Notes: generated by a model not told the origin, from the sequence alone. A DNA stretch of 64,000 nt from Chitinophagales bacterium (GCA_041748615.1 JBGTCY010000177.1:2109-66108), one strand, 5' to 3'. Shown: positions 9,401 to 16,880, counted from the first letter of the stretch. Translations and numbers: made by a program.

Positions 9401-10906
9401 CACCTGCGCAACGGTGTTGGTGTCGGCAATGTTTTGCGTGATGTCCTGTGCGAATTCACCCACGCGGAAAACCTGACCATTCAGCGTGTATTCGAAAGCA
9501 ACCGCCAAAACCTCATCGGGATACAGGGTTTGATTTAACGACAAATACCCCAGCATGGGGTTGAAAGAATATTCCGAAGGACTGAGTTTGCGGCCATACG
9601 TTTTTTCAAAATCTTCGACCGGATTCAGCGCATAGTTTTGTTCCAGCGTCACTACCACTCTGTCAATCGAGCGGGTGTTGGGATTGGCAATGAGGCTGCC
9701 ATAGAGGCTGTTGGAACTGTTGTCGGGCGCGTTTCTGCCGGGAGTCGGCTGAATGGCGGGATTATACACTTTTTGATTTTCACCCAAATCCATAAAGCCC
9801 ACGATGTCGCGGGCATTTTCTGTTGCGCCTGTGCGGTTCGTCACCCACACATCTAAGCGGGTGATATTCACCAATGAGTTGATGACCGGCAGGTTGGCAA
9901 GCGCCTGGTTGTAGCTGTCGCGGAAATAGTGTCCGAGAAAAAAGTGACGGTTTTCATCATATTGGTCGGCAAAGACTTCAAAATTGGAGATTTGCGCGCC
10001 CCGGTCAATGGTGAGGTTTTCAGCGCGGGATTTCTGTTGTGAATACACATTCGTGATGGTGAGCCTTCCGAACTGCAACTGTGTTTTCAGCCCGAACAAA
10101 CTCTGCGAACCTGTGATGAGTGTGGTCGGCAAAGAAAAAGTGACGTTGCCCGCTTCAATCTGTTTGATGATTTCGTCTTCCTGACCTTCGTAGTTGAGTT
10201 TGATTTGGTTTTCAAAATCAAACGTGGCTTCGGTGTTATAATTCATGTTAATCTTCACCTTGTCACCGATTTTCCCGATGACATTCATGTTGATTTTCAT
10301 GTCAAAGTCGAAGCCGCCATTCCTGCGCTGGTTTTCCGTCAACGTGGGATTGTCAATGCGTTGCACGTTGCCTCCGAATGTGAGGTCAATATTCCCGGAG
10401 GGGCGGATGTCAATCGTGTTGCTGCCGAAGATTTCACCGAACCGGCTTTTGGTAACATAGAGCTTGGGGACGACCCCTTTTTGTTCGATGAGCGAGATGG
10501 ATTCAGAACGTTCTTTCCAATATTCCTTTTGTGATTGCTCCCTTTCATACTGCAGGTATTCATCAAAGGACATGTAGGTAGGAGGCTTTACATTTCTGCC
10601 ATCCAAAGTTTCGGTGATGACGTAGCGTTCGGTTTCAGGGTCATACTCTACCTGACGTTCGATTTGTGTGGGGTCATTCAATAAAAACGGGTTATCGTTT
10701 TCTTCCGTCACGAAATTGCCATCACGGTCTTTAATCGGGTAGGGCAAATCATCCACCTGGGTTTTTTTGATGGTGTCATCGGGAAGAAAATAACTACCGG
10801 AATCGGGCGGTTCAAACGCTCCCCGGTCTCCCGCGATTCCTGCAAAAATCAAAAGGGATAAGCAGGCGCTCGTCAGTAGCATGACATATCGGCTGGCGCG
10901 GAACAA
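3452..10906 (-). CDS. sprA: T9SS translocon / gliding-motility protein SprA
   Basis: A 2484-aa ORF with an N-terminal signal-like segment (MLLTSACLSLLIFAG). Its size and sequence are typical of the Bacteroidota SprA family. The first codon at 10906 is TTG and the alternative ATG is at 10882. The short ORFs in other frames or on the opposite strand within this gene are shadow ORFs. Confidence 0.9.
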   Translation of the reverse strand: MFRASRYVMLLTSACLSLLIFAGIAGDRGAFEPPDSGSYFLPDDTIKKTQVDDLPYPIKDRDGNFVTEENDNPFLLNDPTQIERQVEYDPETERYVITETLDGRNVKPPTYMSFDEYLQYEREQSQKEYWKERSESISLIEQKGVVPKLYVTKSRFGEIFGSNTIDIRPSGNIDLTFGGNVQRIDNPTLTENQRRNGGFDFDMKINMNVIGKIGDKVKINMNYNTEATFDFENQIKLNYEGQEDEIIKQIEAGNVTFSLPTTLITGSQSLFGLKTQLQFGRLTITNVYSQQKSRAENLTIDRGAQISNFEVFADQYDENRHFFLGHYFRDSYNQALANLPVINSLVNITRLDVWVTNRTGATENARDIVGFMDLGENQKVYNPAIQPTPGRNAPDNSSNSLYGSLIANPNTRSIDRVVVTLEQNYALNPVEDFEKTYGRKLSPSEYSFNPMLGYLSLNQTLYPDEVLAVAFEYTLNGQVFRVGEFAQDITQNIADTNTVAQVNVVFLKLLKGTSARPKLPIWDLMMKNIYPIGAFQVNQEDFRLNVVYQDPGGGVKRYIPEGALSGIPLIRLLELDRLNTQRDPQPDGVFDFVPGITINPQNGRVIFPVLEPFGDDLRRKFDQAGENNLANKYVYDQLYDSTRVIAQQFPQFNRFVLQGTFKSAVSNEISLGAFNVPQGSVTVTAGGQLLEEGRDYTIDYSLGRVKIINEGILNSGVPINVSYENNALFGFQTQTLFGTRLDYRVNPKLNIGGTLLHLRERPFTEKVNIGDDPIKNMQLGLDANYNTESQFLTWLVDKLPLYETKEPSSFSLMGEMAHLKPGHQRAIGKEGTVYIDDFEGTRSSYDLRYPVPNWVLASTPRSAIDRFGRVMFPEAALTDSLPYGFNRARLAWFNIDPLFLRNNSATPEHIANDRDQQSNHYVREVDEQEVFPNRTRFSPGLATNILTFNLSYYPEERGPYNFEATPNGLPGISRGVNPDGSLKDPQTRWGGIMRAIDNTDFEASNTEFIEFWVLDPFIYDNTSRGGELYINLGNISEDILKDSRKFFENGLQAPGSNVPVDTTRWGVVPRNQPITNAFDNDLNKRQFQDLGLDGLNDDVEREFHSDFLSNLQNFLQPDAYQRIFEDPSSDNYHYYRGDAYDQQQLTILERYKKFNNPQGNSPVSGTGQTISEAATNIPDTEDINRDFTLNENEEYFQYRIPMFPGMEIGDGFITDKISATVRLVNGNIETVDWFQFKIPINDYERKVGNIPDFRSIRFIRMFMTGFEEPVVLRFARLELVRNQWRRYLFSLLEPGEYIPGDEGSSTFFNVSAVNIEENSEKQPVNYVVPPGIERVRNLSSTNIAALQNEQALQVLVCDLADGDARAVFKTLNLDLRVYDRLQMFVHGSVLDNSKPIRDGEARVFIRLGSDFVNNYYEYEIPLLISPQGIYNGLSDDERRIVWPLENEINIPLDSMYKVKLLRNQANNPDPTSPFVYRDEKGNRYTVVGNPDLGLVKTAMLGVRNPRAEIVAGEPTDDGRPICVEVWFNELRLEGLDERGGWAALARMETKLADLGGITFSTRMHTRGYGQINQKVQERFRDDMWQYDLAGNIELSKFLPKKLGLRLPMYAGISQTFSTPEFDPYELDVPLNDKLNFLGEERRDYKRQVQMRETIKSFNLTNVRIVPQRTDKKIRFYHPSNLNATFAYNNITRSTAFIESDVLQQYRASLGYNFSPQAKYFTPFAKLIKSKSKYLALIKDFNLNFVPNNLAFSTDMNRQFGETKLRVIADELPPENTYDKFFRWDRIYGIKFNPTRSITLDFNAINNATIDEPPGKLSRDDGTKDSLWTNISSFGRTTRYMHNFSANYNAPLNKIPIIDWIQVRGGYTSSYAWTTGALYRDINTNTIIPNPLGNVINNTQDIRANGELNFKNFYDKFKLLKPYNSTRARTEADWKKGEREKKITENEKRKEKIDKDIDKARLEIEKLKEEIKKLKQDTIPDKKEQIKTKKKEIKTKKERIKKLKSDKAKIQKPESPAVSPLVRPFISLKRISITYSQNKGSSVPGYLPNTQLLGMSPGFSSPGWDFVFGYQPDSKWLDDAASKGWITADTNLNLQVMQFVSRNINVKGVVEPFRDMRIDLTLDRTTSENYQELFKKQFTNTPFDHLTPTSTGSYSVSYIAIKTLFKKGDESGFTEAFRELQDVNRSVISSRLAQNNPNSQGAFRLPTDTSSVDFNRYRDGYGPYNPDVIIPSFVAAYTGKDPNEVKLDPFDVFPLPNWRLTYTGLSNLPFMKKVVNSFNITHGYSSTYTVSSYISNLFYEGDGYFLPSAFDSLSNNFIPLYSIPMVVITEQLSPLIGIDVMFKNGLTTKFDYRKTRNLSMGLVDYQLSESRTTEVTVGLGYRLKGLTLPIKIKGKTRKLPNEINFRFDMSFRDNVTVNQRLDQEISEPTRGMKTIRVSPTIDYVINNRMNIRIFFDRNRSIPATSASFPITNTKAGITLRFALTP

Positions 10907-10909
10907 TTT

Positions 10910-11494
10910 CTACAGATGTTTGAGTGCTTTTTTAATCAAATCTTCAACTCCGGGGAAGTTCTCTCCTGAGCGGAGCAGGTTGTCAATCGCTTTTTCAGCC
11001 TGAGCTTTGTTAAAGCCCAAAGCGATTAAGCCGGATAACGCCATTTCACGGGAGGTATTGTCCGGCTGTCCTGATATTTTTACGGCATCCATCCCCTTTG
11101 CCAGCTTATCCCGCAATTCAAGAATAATGCGTTTGGCTGACTTTGGACCGATTCCTTTGATTCCCTGAATGAGTCTTTCATTCTCCTGTACTATCGCCTT
11201 TTGCAATTCCTCCGGCTCCAATGAGGAAAGCGCTACCCTCGCGGTGGAGGGTCCGATGCCGGAAACTGAAATCAGGTTTGTAAACAGCGACTTCTCCAAA
11301 TCATCCGCAAAACCATAGAGCGTATGTGCCGTTTCGGTCACGTGCATGTAGGTGAGCAACCGGCAGTTTTCAAGATGTTGAATTTTGGTAAACGTGTTCA
11401 GGCTGATAAACACCTGGTAGCCGATGCCGCCACATTCGAGCAGCACATAAGCGGGACTTTTAAAGGTAATGATTCCTTTGATGTAGCCAATCAT
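10910..11494 (-). CDS. ruvA: Holliday junction DNA helicase subunit RuvA
   Basis: 194 aa. MIGYIKGIITFKSPAYVLLECGGIGYQV... with helix-hairpin-helix segments (VSGIGPSTA, IKGIGPKSA) is the classic RuvA layout. Confidence 0.92.
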   Translation of the reverse strand: MIGYIKGIITFKSPAYVLLECGGIGYQVFISLNTFTKIQHLENCRLLTYMHVTETAHTLYGFADDLEKSLFTNLISVSGIGPSTARVALSSLEPEELQKAIVQENERLIQGIKGIGPKSAKRIILELRDKLAKGMDAVKISGQPDNTSREMALSGLIALGFNKAQAEKAIDNLLRSGENFPGVEDLIKKALKHL

Positions 11495-11749
11495 AAATGC
11501 GGGACGGGGGGCTGAGTTTTAATTGAATTGATACGGCTATTTACTAATACGGGCAAACCCCAATCCGGTTGCCTGAGGCAGGAATAAAAGTCAATCATGG
11601 ATTTTCAGGATTATCGTTCACAAATGTATTTGATTCATTTTGGACGAACGGTGCGCAAAACTAACGGTCTGAATCTGAATAAGCAGGAATGTGGACACTT
11701 CGGACTGGATAAGGGACGAGGGACGGGTGTCGGGGGACGGCATCCCCTT

Positions 11750-11833
11750 GTTCAATCAAGTCTTCTGCGCTGCCCGGAGCATGGCTGACTTGGTTACGGC
11801 AATAAGTGCAAGACTTTTGTCTTGTTGCGGAGG
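11750..11833. repeat. ~84-nt intergenic repeat, copy 1
   Basis: By manual alignment it matches copy 2 (12503-12586) at about 74 of 84 positions. It contains the hairpin CAAGAC-TTTT-GTCTTG. Confidence 0.8.
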
Positions 11834-11865
11834 TGAATGTAATAAATGAGCTGTGCGAAAAAAAA

Positions 11866-12164
11866 TTATTCTTTCGGTCTTTTATGGGGATTCCGTTTGT
11901 TATGAAAACAAGCAAGCACCCGAATGGTATTAGCGTTTTCATTTACGGTATAATAAATCGAATATGGAAATATTTTAAGTTTCAATGCGCGAATATTTTT
12001 ATAGCGTATTCTGAATGCAGTTGGCGTGTTTGCTATAATCCGGTAGCAATCTGTCAGAGAAGCAATGAAATTTTGAGGAGCGCATGTGCTGTATAAGCTA
12101 TAAAATCAAGAGCGTTTTCAATTTCCTTTTGAGCGCGGGGCGAAACGATGATATTATACTCCAT
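11866..12164 (-). pseudogene. ParE/RelE-family toxin, interrupted by a 1-nt frameshift
   Basis: The ATG at 12164 gives MEYNIIVSPRAQKEIENALD. A second frame then continues FYSLYSTCAPQNFIASLTDCYRIIANTPTAFRIRYKNIRALKLKIFPYSIYYTVNENANTIRVLACFHNKRNPHKRPKE to the stop at 11866. The span is 299 nt, one short of a multiple of three, and the switch maps to an A4/T4 run at 12102-12105. Confidence 0.75.
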
Positions 12165-12390
12165 ATTTTTTATTGAGGAGGTTGATGGATTCTTCCGCTG
12201 AGAGATATGTCTTTTCATTTTCCTGCATGCGTTCATCCAAAACAGCCTTCATATTTGCGGAGAGTTCAATATCGCCATCTTCCTCTTCAACAATAATGAC
12301 AATGGGCTTTGATTTATATGCGGCTTTAATTGCATCCAAAATATCAGTATTGAGGTCCTGAGCCGATGTTAAATGATAGGTTGTATACAT
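12154..12390 (-). CDS. Putative antitoxin partner of the ParE-like toxin
   Basis: A 78-aa acidic ORF. Its stop overlaps the toxin ATG (ATGGAGTATAA), the usual TA gene coupling. Confidence 0.65.
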   Translation of the reverse strand: MYTTYHLTSAQDLNTDILDAIKAAYKSKPIVIIVEEEDGDIELSANMKAVLDERMQENEKTYLSAEESINLLNKKYGV

Positions 12391-12502
12391 AAGAATTAAA
12401 TTTTAATTTTGGTAAATATTTAATTGAAAGAAAAGTCTGAGCTATCTGTAAAAGTACAGAATTTCCGGGGTTGCTTCCACAACAATTCCAGACTAAACCC
12501 CC

Positions 12503-12586
12503 GTTCAATCAAGTCTTCCGCGCTGCCCAGTGTATGGCTGCATTGGTTGCGGCAATAGGTGCAGGACTTTTGTCTTGCTGCGGAGG
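12503..12586. repeat. ~84-nt intergenic repeat, copy 2
   Basis: See copy 1. It lies between the two TA modules. Confidence 0.8.
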
Positions 12587-12623
12587 AAGGGAAAAAGATG
12601 AATTTACAGTGGTGATTTCCGGG

Positions 12624-13046
12624 TCAGTCAATCAAATCAATAAACTCCTTTGGAGTGAGTACGGGAAGAGCGGATAATTGATTTTTTTGGAAACCTTCAT
12701 CATTGGTGATAAAGTAATCACATTCGTGATACAGGGCGATGTAATAATGAACGGCATCTTCTTTATCGGAGAATGACGAGCTTAAAGCCTGCAGCAAGAT
12801 GGACTTGTTAGAGTTGAGCAGTGTGCTGCATTTGATGAAATCAGATAAAGAATTGATTCCTTGTTTTCCTTTTTTGTAAGTGTCGAGCAAAAGGGAGATG
12901 ATTGAATTAACAGCCGCATCGGTGATGCAGATTTCAATATCTTCATCCAGGGCAATGTCCGCCAGTTTTTTTGCGTGTAAACATCCGGGTTCGCGGATGG
13001 CTAAGAGGTCAACCACCACATTCGTGTCGAGCGTTATTTTAAGCAT
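12624..13046 (-). CDS. PIN-domain toxin (VapC-like ribonuclease)
   Basis: 140 aa. The N-terminus MLKITLDTNVVVD (first acidic residue) and the C-terminal YFITNDEGF are typical PIN signatures. Confidence 0.8.
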   Translation of the reverse strand: MLKITLDTNVVVDLLAIREPGCLHAKKLADIALDEDIEICITDAAVNSIISLLLDTYKKGKQGINSLSDFIKCSTLLNSNKSILLQALSSSFSDKEDAVHYYIALYHECDYFITNDEGFQKNQLSALPVLTPKEFIDLID

Positions 13047-13293
13047 ACTTTTTTTTCCAGTGTTTGTGAACTTCGTCTTTATCCGAAAGTGATGTTTTCG
13101 GTTGGACAGGTTTTTGTTTTTCGAGGTCGCGTAGCAGTTTTCTCAGAGTATATTTTTGTGGATTAAAAGTTTCTTTTTCTTCTTTGATAGATTGTTCAAA
13201 CAACTCGGAAACTGAAATCCCTTTACTTTTGGCTTTCGATTTCGCTTTTCGGATAATTTCTTTTCTGACGGAAAGTGTGAGTTTGGTTTTCAT
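13039..13293 (-). CDS. Putative antitoxin of the PIN toxin (small Lys-rich, RHH-like or DUF6364-like)
   Basis: The ATG at 13293 gives MKTKLTLSVRKEIIRKAKSKAKSKGISVSELFEQ.... Its 3' end overlaps the PIN start by 8 nt. The longer track ORF (to 13377) reads through a repeat copy. Confidence 0.65.
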   Translation of the reverse strand: MKTKLTLSVRKEIIRKAKSKAKSKGISVSELFEQSIKEEKETFNPQKYTLRKLLRDLEKQKPVQPKTSLSDKDEVHKHWKKKYA

Positions 13294-13343
13294 GCTTACG
13301 TATTTGTACAAATTTACGTAATACCTGGAAAATCGTTCCTCTC

Positions 13344-13374
13344 GTTCAACTAATTCTTCTGCGCTGCCCGGGAG
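13344..13374. repeat. Partial (5'-arm only) copy 3 of the ~84-nt repeat
   Basis: GTTCAACTAATTCTTCTGCGCTGCCCGGGAG aligns with the first ~31 nt of copies 1 and 2. Confidence 0.6.
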
Positions 13375-13582
13375 CACAAGTTACCAATCGCAAAAGGCAA
13401 TCGCGCAAACTTGCGCTATGCAATGGGCGGGTGTCAATGGGTGACAACCGGTTTTCAACTAATTAAAGTAATAAGCAAGCCCAAGAAACAGTTACACTTA
13501 ATTGTTAAATGTCTTAATTAAAGTTGACAAATATCATATTTTCATAAAGAAATAAAGGCGACATTCGTAAAAAACAAATCCA

Positions 13583-14068
13583 ATGGACCAAACACACATT
13601 CATTTGGTGATTACCCATCTTCCGATTTTCGGTTCAATTTTAGGTGGGCTTGTCCTTGCATACGGTATTTGGACTAAAAGTAACGAGACGAAAATTGCTG
13701 CCTATGGACTTTTCATCATTTCTTCAATCGGTGCAGGGATTGCCTATTTAACAGGTGAAGCTGCGGAAGAAACGGTAGAAAATTTACCCGGTGTTATTGA
13801 GGCTACAATCGAAAGACACGAAGATTTTGCGCTTTTTGCTTTAATTGCTTTAATTACTTTGGGGGTGGCTTCCATTCTTGGGATATTTTTGACAATAAAA
13901 AAATCACCATTCACAAGAACAATCGCTTTTGTGATTTTATTTTTTTCATTAATTACTTTCGGACTAGTGGCAAGAACAGGCTTCTTGGGCGGACAAATAA
14001 GACATACAGAAATTGTAAACGGATTAATTGTTCCTTTAGAAAATCTGAAAATGGAAGATGACGACTAA
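13583..14068 (+). CDS. Hypothetical integral membrane protein (4-5 TM helices)
   Basis: 161 aa with repeated hydrophobic helices. It lies immediately upstream of the P-type ATPase gene on the same strand. Confidence 0.6.
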   Translation: MDQTHIHLVITHLPIFGSILGGLVLAYGIWTKSNETKIAAYGLFIISSIGAGIAYLTGEAAEETVENLPGVIEATIERHEDFALFALIALITLGVASILGIFLTIKKSPFTRTIAFVILFFSLITFGLVARTGFLGGQIRHTEIVNGLIVPLENLKMEDDD

Positions 14069-14121
14069 AGTATTGTGTTTTCAAGCATACGATCACCTGC
14101 CAATATAAACTATCTATTCCT

Positions 14122-16629
14122 CTGTCAATTAATCAATTCAATATAAAAGGTTTAGATAGTGAACAAGTAAATCTTGCCAGAGAAAAGTTTGGCAAAAATA
14201 TACTGAGCTATAAAAAGGAAAACACCACCCTTGATGTATTGCTCCGCATAGTCAAAGAACCAATGATCATTTTGTTATTGGTGGCTTCCACTATCTATTT
14301 TATTAGTGGCGAAACAGGTAATGGGATTTTCATGGTGGTCGCTATCCTTTTTATTACCTCCATTTCTATTTATCAGGATTCCCGGAGTAAAAATGCGCTG
14401 GAAAAGCTAAAAGCCTTATCACAACCCCGTTGCAAAGTAATTCGGAATGGGGAATTTGAAGAAATCAAAAGTGAAGAACTAGTGGTTGGTGACTTTTTGC
14501 TGGTGGAGGAAGGTACTTCAATTACTGCTGATGGTGTCATTATTCACTCAAACGATTTTTCTGTAAACGAATCAATACTTACAGGAGAATCATTGTCGGT
14601 ATTTAAAGATAAAGACAAGGAAGATAAGTTTATCTATAGCGGAACCATTGTAGCCAGCGGCCTTGCCATTGCAGAGATTACTGCCATTGGTAACGAAACC
14701 AAATTGGGGAAAATTGGAAAGAGCTTAGAAGGCATTATCGAAGAAAAAACACCTTTAGAAATTCAGATTTCCAATTTTGTAAAATGGATGGCTATTGCAG
14801 GCACCATCGTTTTTATTTTAGTTTGGCTAATCAATTATTGGCAGTCGCAAAATGTATTGAATAGTCTGTTGCAGGCGCTTACCCTGGCAATGAGCATATT
14901 GCCCGAAGAAATTCCTGTTGCCTTTACCACATTTATGGCATTAGGTGCATGGCGTTTAATGAAAATGGGGATTATCGTTAAGCAAACAAAAACAGTTGAG
15001 ACCCTTGGCAGTGCTACTGTAATATGTACAGATAAAACAGGCACGATTACAGAAAACAAAATGAGTTTGGCTAAACTGTTTACATTGAATAGCAATAGAG
15101 TAGTCAATCCGGAAGCTGAATTAAATGTTAGCGAAAAAGCACTCATAGAATTAGCCATGTGGGCAAGTGAGCCTATTCCTTTCGACCCCATGGAAGTGGC
15201 ATTGCATCAAGCCTATAAGGATATTCAACAACATGATGAACGTCCCAATTATCAACTCGTTCACGAATATCCTTTAGGAGGAAAACCACCTATGATGACT
15301 CATATTTTTGCGGATAATAGGGGCAGCAAAATCATAGCCGCTAAAGGTGCGCCCGAGGCATTAATTGAGGTCTCAAAACTTACAGAAGACGAAAAGCAAC
15401 AAATTCATTCGGCAATTCAAAATTTAGCGACAGAAGGCTACCGGGTTTTAGGAGTAGGGGTATCGAATTTCACAGGTAATGATTACCCTTTAAAACAACA
15501 AGATTTACCATTTGAATTCAAGGGAATAGTGGCTTTCTACGACCCGCCAAAACAAAACATTCGGGATGTTTTAAATAGTTTTTATCAAGCAGGAATCAAT
15601 GTCAAAATAATTACGGGCGATAATGCAGCAACAACAACATCCATTGCAAAACAAATTAATTTTAAAAATTACGATAAATCCATTTCAGGAGATGAGTTGA
15701 TGTCGTTGTCGGAAAAAGATTTACAGTCCCGGGTGATGGATACAGCCATTTTTACCCGAATGTTTCCTGAAGCTAAATTGAAAATAATCAACGCTTTAAA
15801 AACCAACAACCAAATCGTTGCGATGACCGGTGACGGGGTAAATGATGGACCTGCTCTAAAGGCGTCACATATAGGCATTGCGATGGGTAAGAAAGGAACC
15901 GAAATAGCCAAGCAGGCAGCGTCATTAATTCTGATGGAAGACGATTTATCTAAAATGGTAGATGCAGTTGCCATGGGAAGAAAGATTTATACCAACCTGA
16001 AAAAGGCCATTCAATACATCATATCTATTCACATACCGATTATTCTCGCTGTTTTCATTCCTTTAGTTTTGGGTTGGATATATCCGAATATTTTTTCTCC
16101 AATTCACATTATTTTTTTAGAATTAATCATGGGTCCCACTTGCTCTATCATATATGAAAATGAGCCCATGGAGCCGAACACAATGTCGCAAAACCCCAAG
16201 CCGCTATCCACAACCTTTTTTAATTGGAAAGAGCTATCCATTAGCATTATTCAAGGTTTGTTTATAACCGCTGGAATATTGTTTTCTTATCAATATGCCG
16301 TGGCAAGTGGGTACAACGAAGCAATTACACGAACAATGGTTTTCACTGTTTTGATAACTGCCAATATTTTCCTCACCTTAATCAATCGCTCGTTTTATTA
16401 TTCTATTCTGACGACCTTAAAGTATAAAAACAATTTGGTTTTGTTCATCATTATTTTCACTATCACTATTGTTGGGATAATACTTTATGTAAACCCTTTA
16501 ACCGTATTCTTTGAATTTGAAACATTGAACTTGTTTCAATTATTGACCAGTATAACCATTGGTTTTATATCCGTAATTTGGTTTGAAATTGTAAAAATCG
16601 TTAAGAGAGCAAAAAAAAGCATTGAATGA
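14122..16629 (+). CDS. Cation-transporting P-type ATPase (type IIA-like, Ca2+/Mg2+ class)
   Basis: It carries the phosphorylation motif ICTDKTGTITENKM, the hinge motif MTGDGVNDGPALK, TGES (LTGESLSV), and about 10 TM helices. The track start (TTG at 14239) cuts off the conserved Cation_ATPase_N segment KGLDSEQVNLAREKFGKNIL, which is in frame upstream. No ATG, GTG or TTG exists there, so the CTG at 14122 (giving SINQFNIKGL...) is my best guess. Confidence 0.85.
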   Translation: MSINQFNIKGLDSEQVNLAREKFGKNILSYKKENTTLDVLLRIVKEPMIILLLVASTIYFISGETGNGIFMVVAILFITSISIYQDSRSKNALEKLKALSQPRCKVIRNGEFEEIKSEELVVGDFLLVEEGTSITADGVIIHSNDFSVNESILTGESLSVFKDKDKEDKFIYSGTIVASGLAIAEITAIGNETKLGKIGKSLEGIIEEKTPLEIQISNFVKWMAIAGTIVFILVWLINYWQSQNVLNSLLQALTLAMSILPEEIPVAFTTFMALGAWRLMKMGIIVKQTKTVETLGSATVICTDKTGTITENKMSLAKLFTLNSNRVVNPEAELNVSEKALIELAMWASEPIPFDPMEVALHQAYKDIQQHDERPNYQLVHEYPLGGKPPMMTHIFADNRGSKIIAAKGAPEALIEVSKLTEDEKQQIHSAIQNLATEGYRVLGVGVSNFTGNDYPLKQQDLPFEFKGIVAFYDPPKQNIRDVLNSFYQAGINVKIITGDNAATTTSIAKQINFKNYDKSISGDELMSLSEKDLQSRVMDTAIFTRMFPEAKLKIINALKTNNQIVAMTGDGVNDGPALKASHIGIAMGKKGTEIAKQAASLILMEDDLSKMVDAVAMGRKIYTNLKKAIQYIISIHIPIILAVFIPLVLGWIYPNIFSPIHIIFLELIMGPTCSIIYENEPMEPNTMSQNPKPLSTTFFNWKELSISIIQGLFITAGILFSYQYAVASGYNEAITRTMVFTVLITANIFLTLINRSFYYSILTTLKYKNNLVLFIIIFTITIVGIILYVNPLTVFFEFETLNLFQLLTSITIGFISVIWFEIVKIVKRAKKSIE

Positions 16630-16880
16630 AAGTCCAGCTTATAGCAGCGCCTACACGCAAGCATGGGTTTTCCCACTTTGGCGGAACAGGCTGTGCTTCG
16701 TAGGACAGGAAAGTGATAAAAGTTTTCCGCACGTGCGGAATTCAGTGTTAAAATCCGTGCCAGCGTGTAGCAGCGAAATGTTGTCAAAATAGCATCTGTA
16801 ATTTGAAATATCTTCTAATCAGATTGTTGACTTTAGGCGTCAGATGTATGCAGAAGCTGACTTGAAAATTATGGAGCTGT

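Noticed and set aside
4064-10566. About 20 short ORFs nested within sprA, on the opposite strand or in other frames (for example 4064..4315, 6749..7033, 7960..8259, 10205..10534)
   Set aside because: All are nested inside a 2484-aa gene with a continuous reading frame and family-wide similarity, so they are shadow ORFs. The same reasoning applies to the nested ORFs inside the two giant adhesin genes, the ATPase, GT2, mnmG, hsdR and hsdS.
11505-11560. GGGGCTGA... next to ruvA resembles the 5' end of tmRNA (GGGGCUGAUU...)
   Set aside because: The resemblance is limited to about 8 nt. I see no tag-peptide reading frame, no pseudoknot-rich body, and no tRNA-like 3' end (GGTTCGA(A/T)TCC...CCA) downstream.
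11750-13374. The TA-bracketing repeats could be integron attC sites (a CALIN-type cassette array)
   Set aside because: The two ends of the 84-nt unit are not complementary to each other. I cannot find R''/R' core sites (RYYYAAC...GTTRRRY) in either orientation, and no intI-like gene is in the window. I kept it as a repeat finding. IntegronFinder would settle the question.
13380-13582. A possible riboswitch (for example an M-box) upstream of the membrane protein / P-type ATPase pair
   Set aside because: I could not recognise any conserved riboswitch core sequence or convincing multi-stem structure by eye. This needs an Infernal/Rfam scan before any claim can be made.
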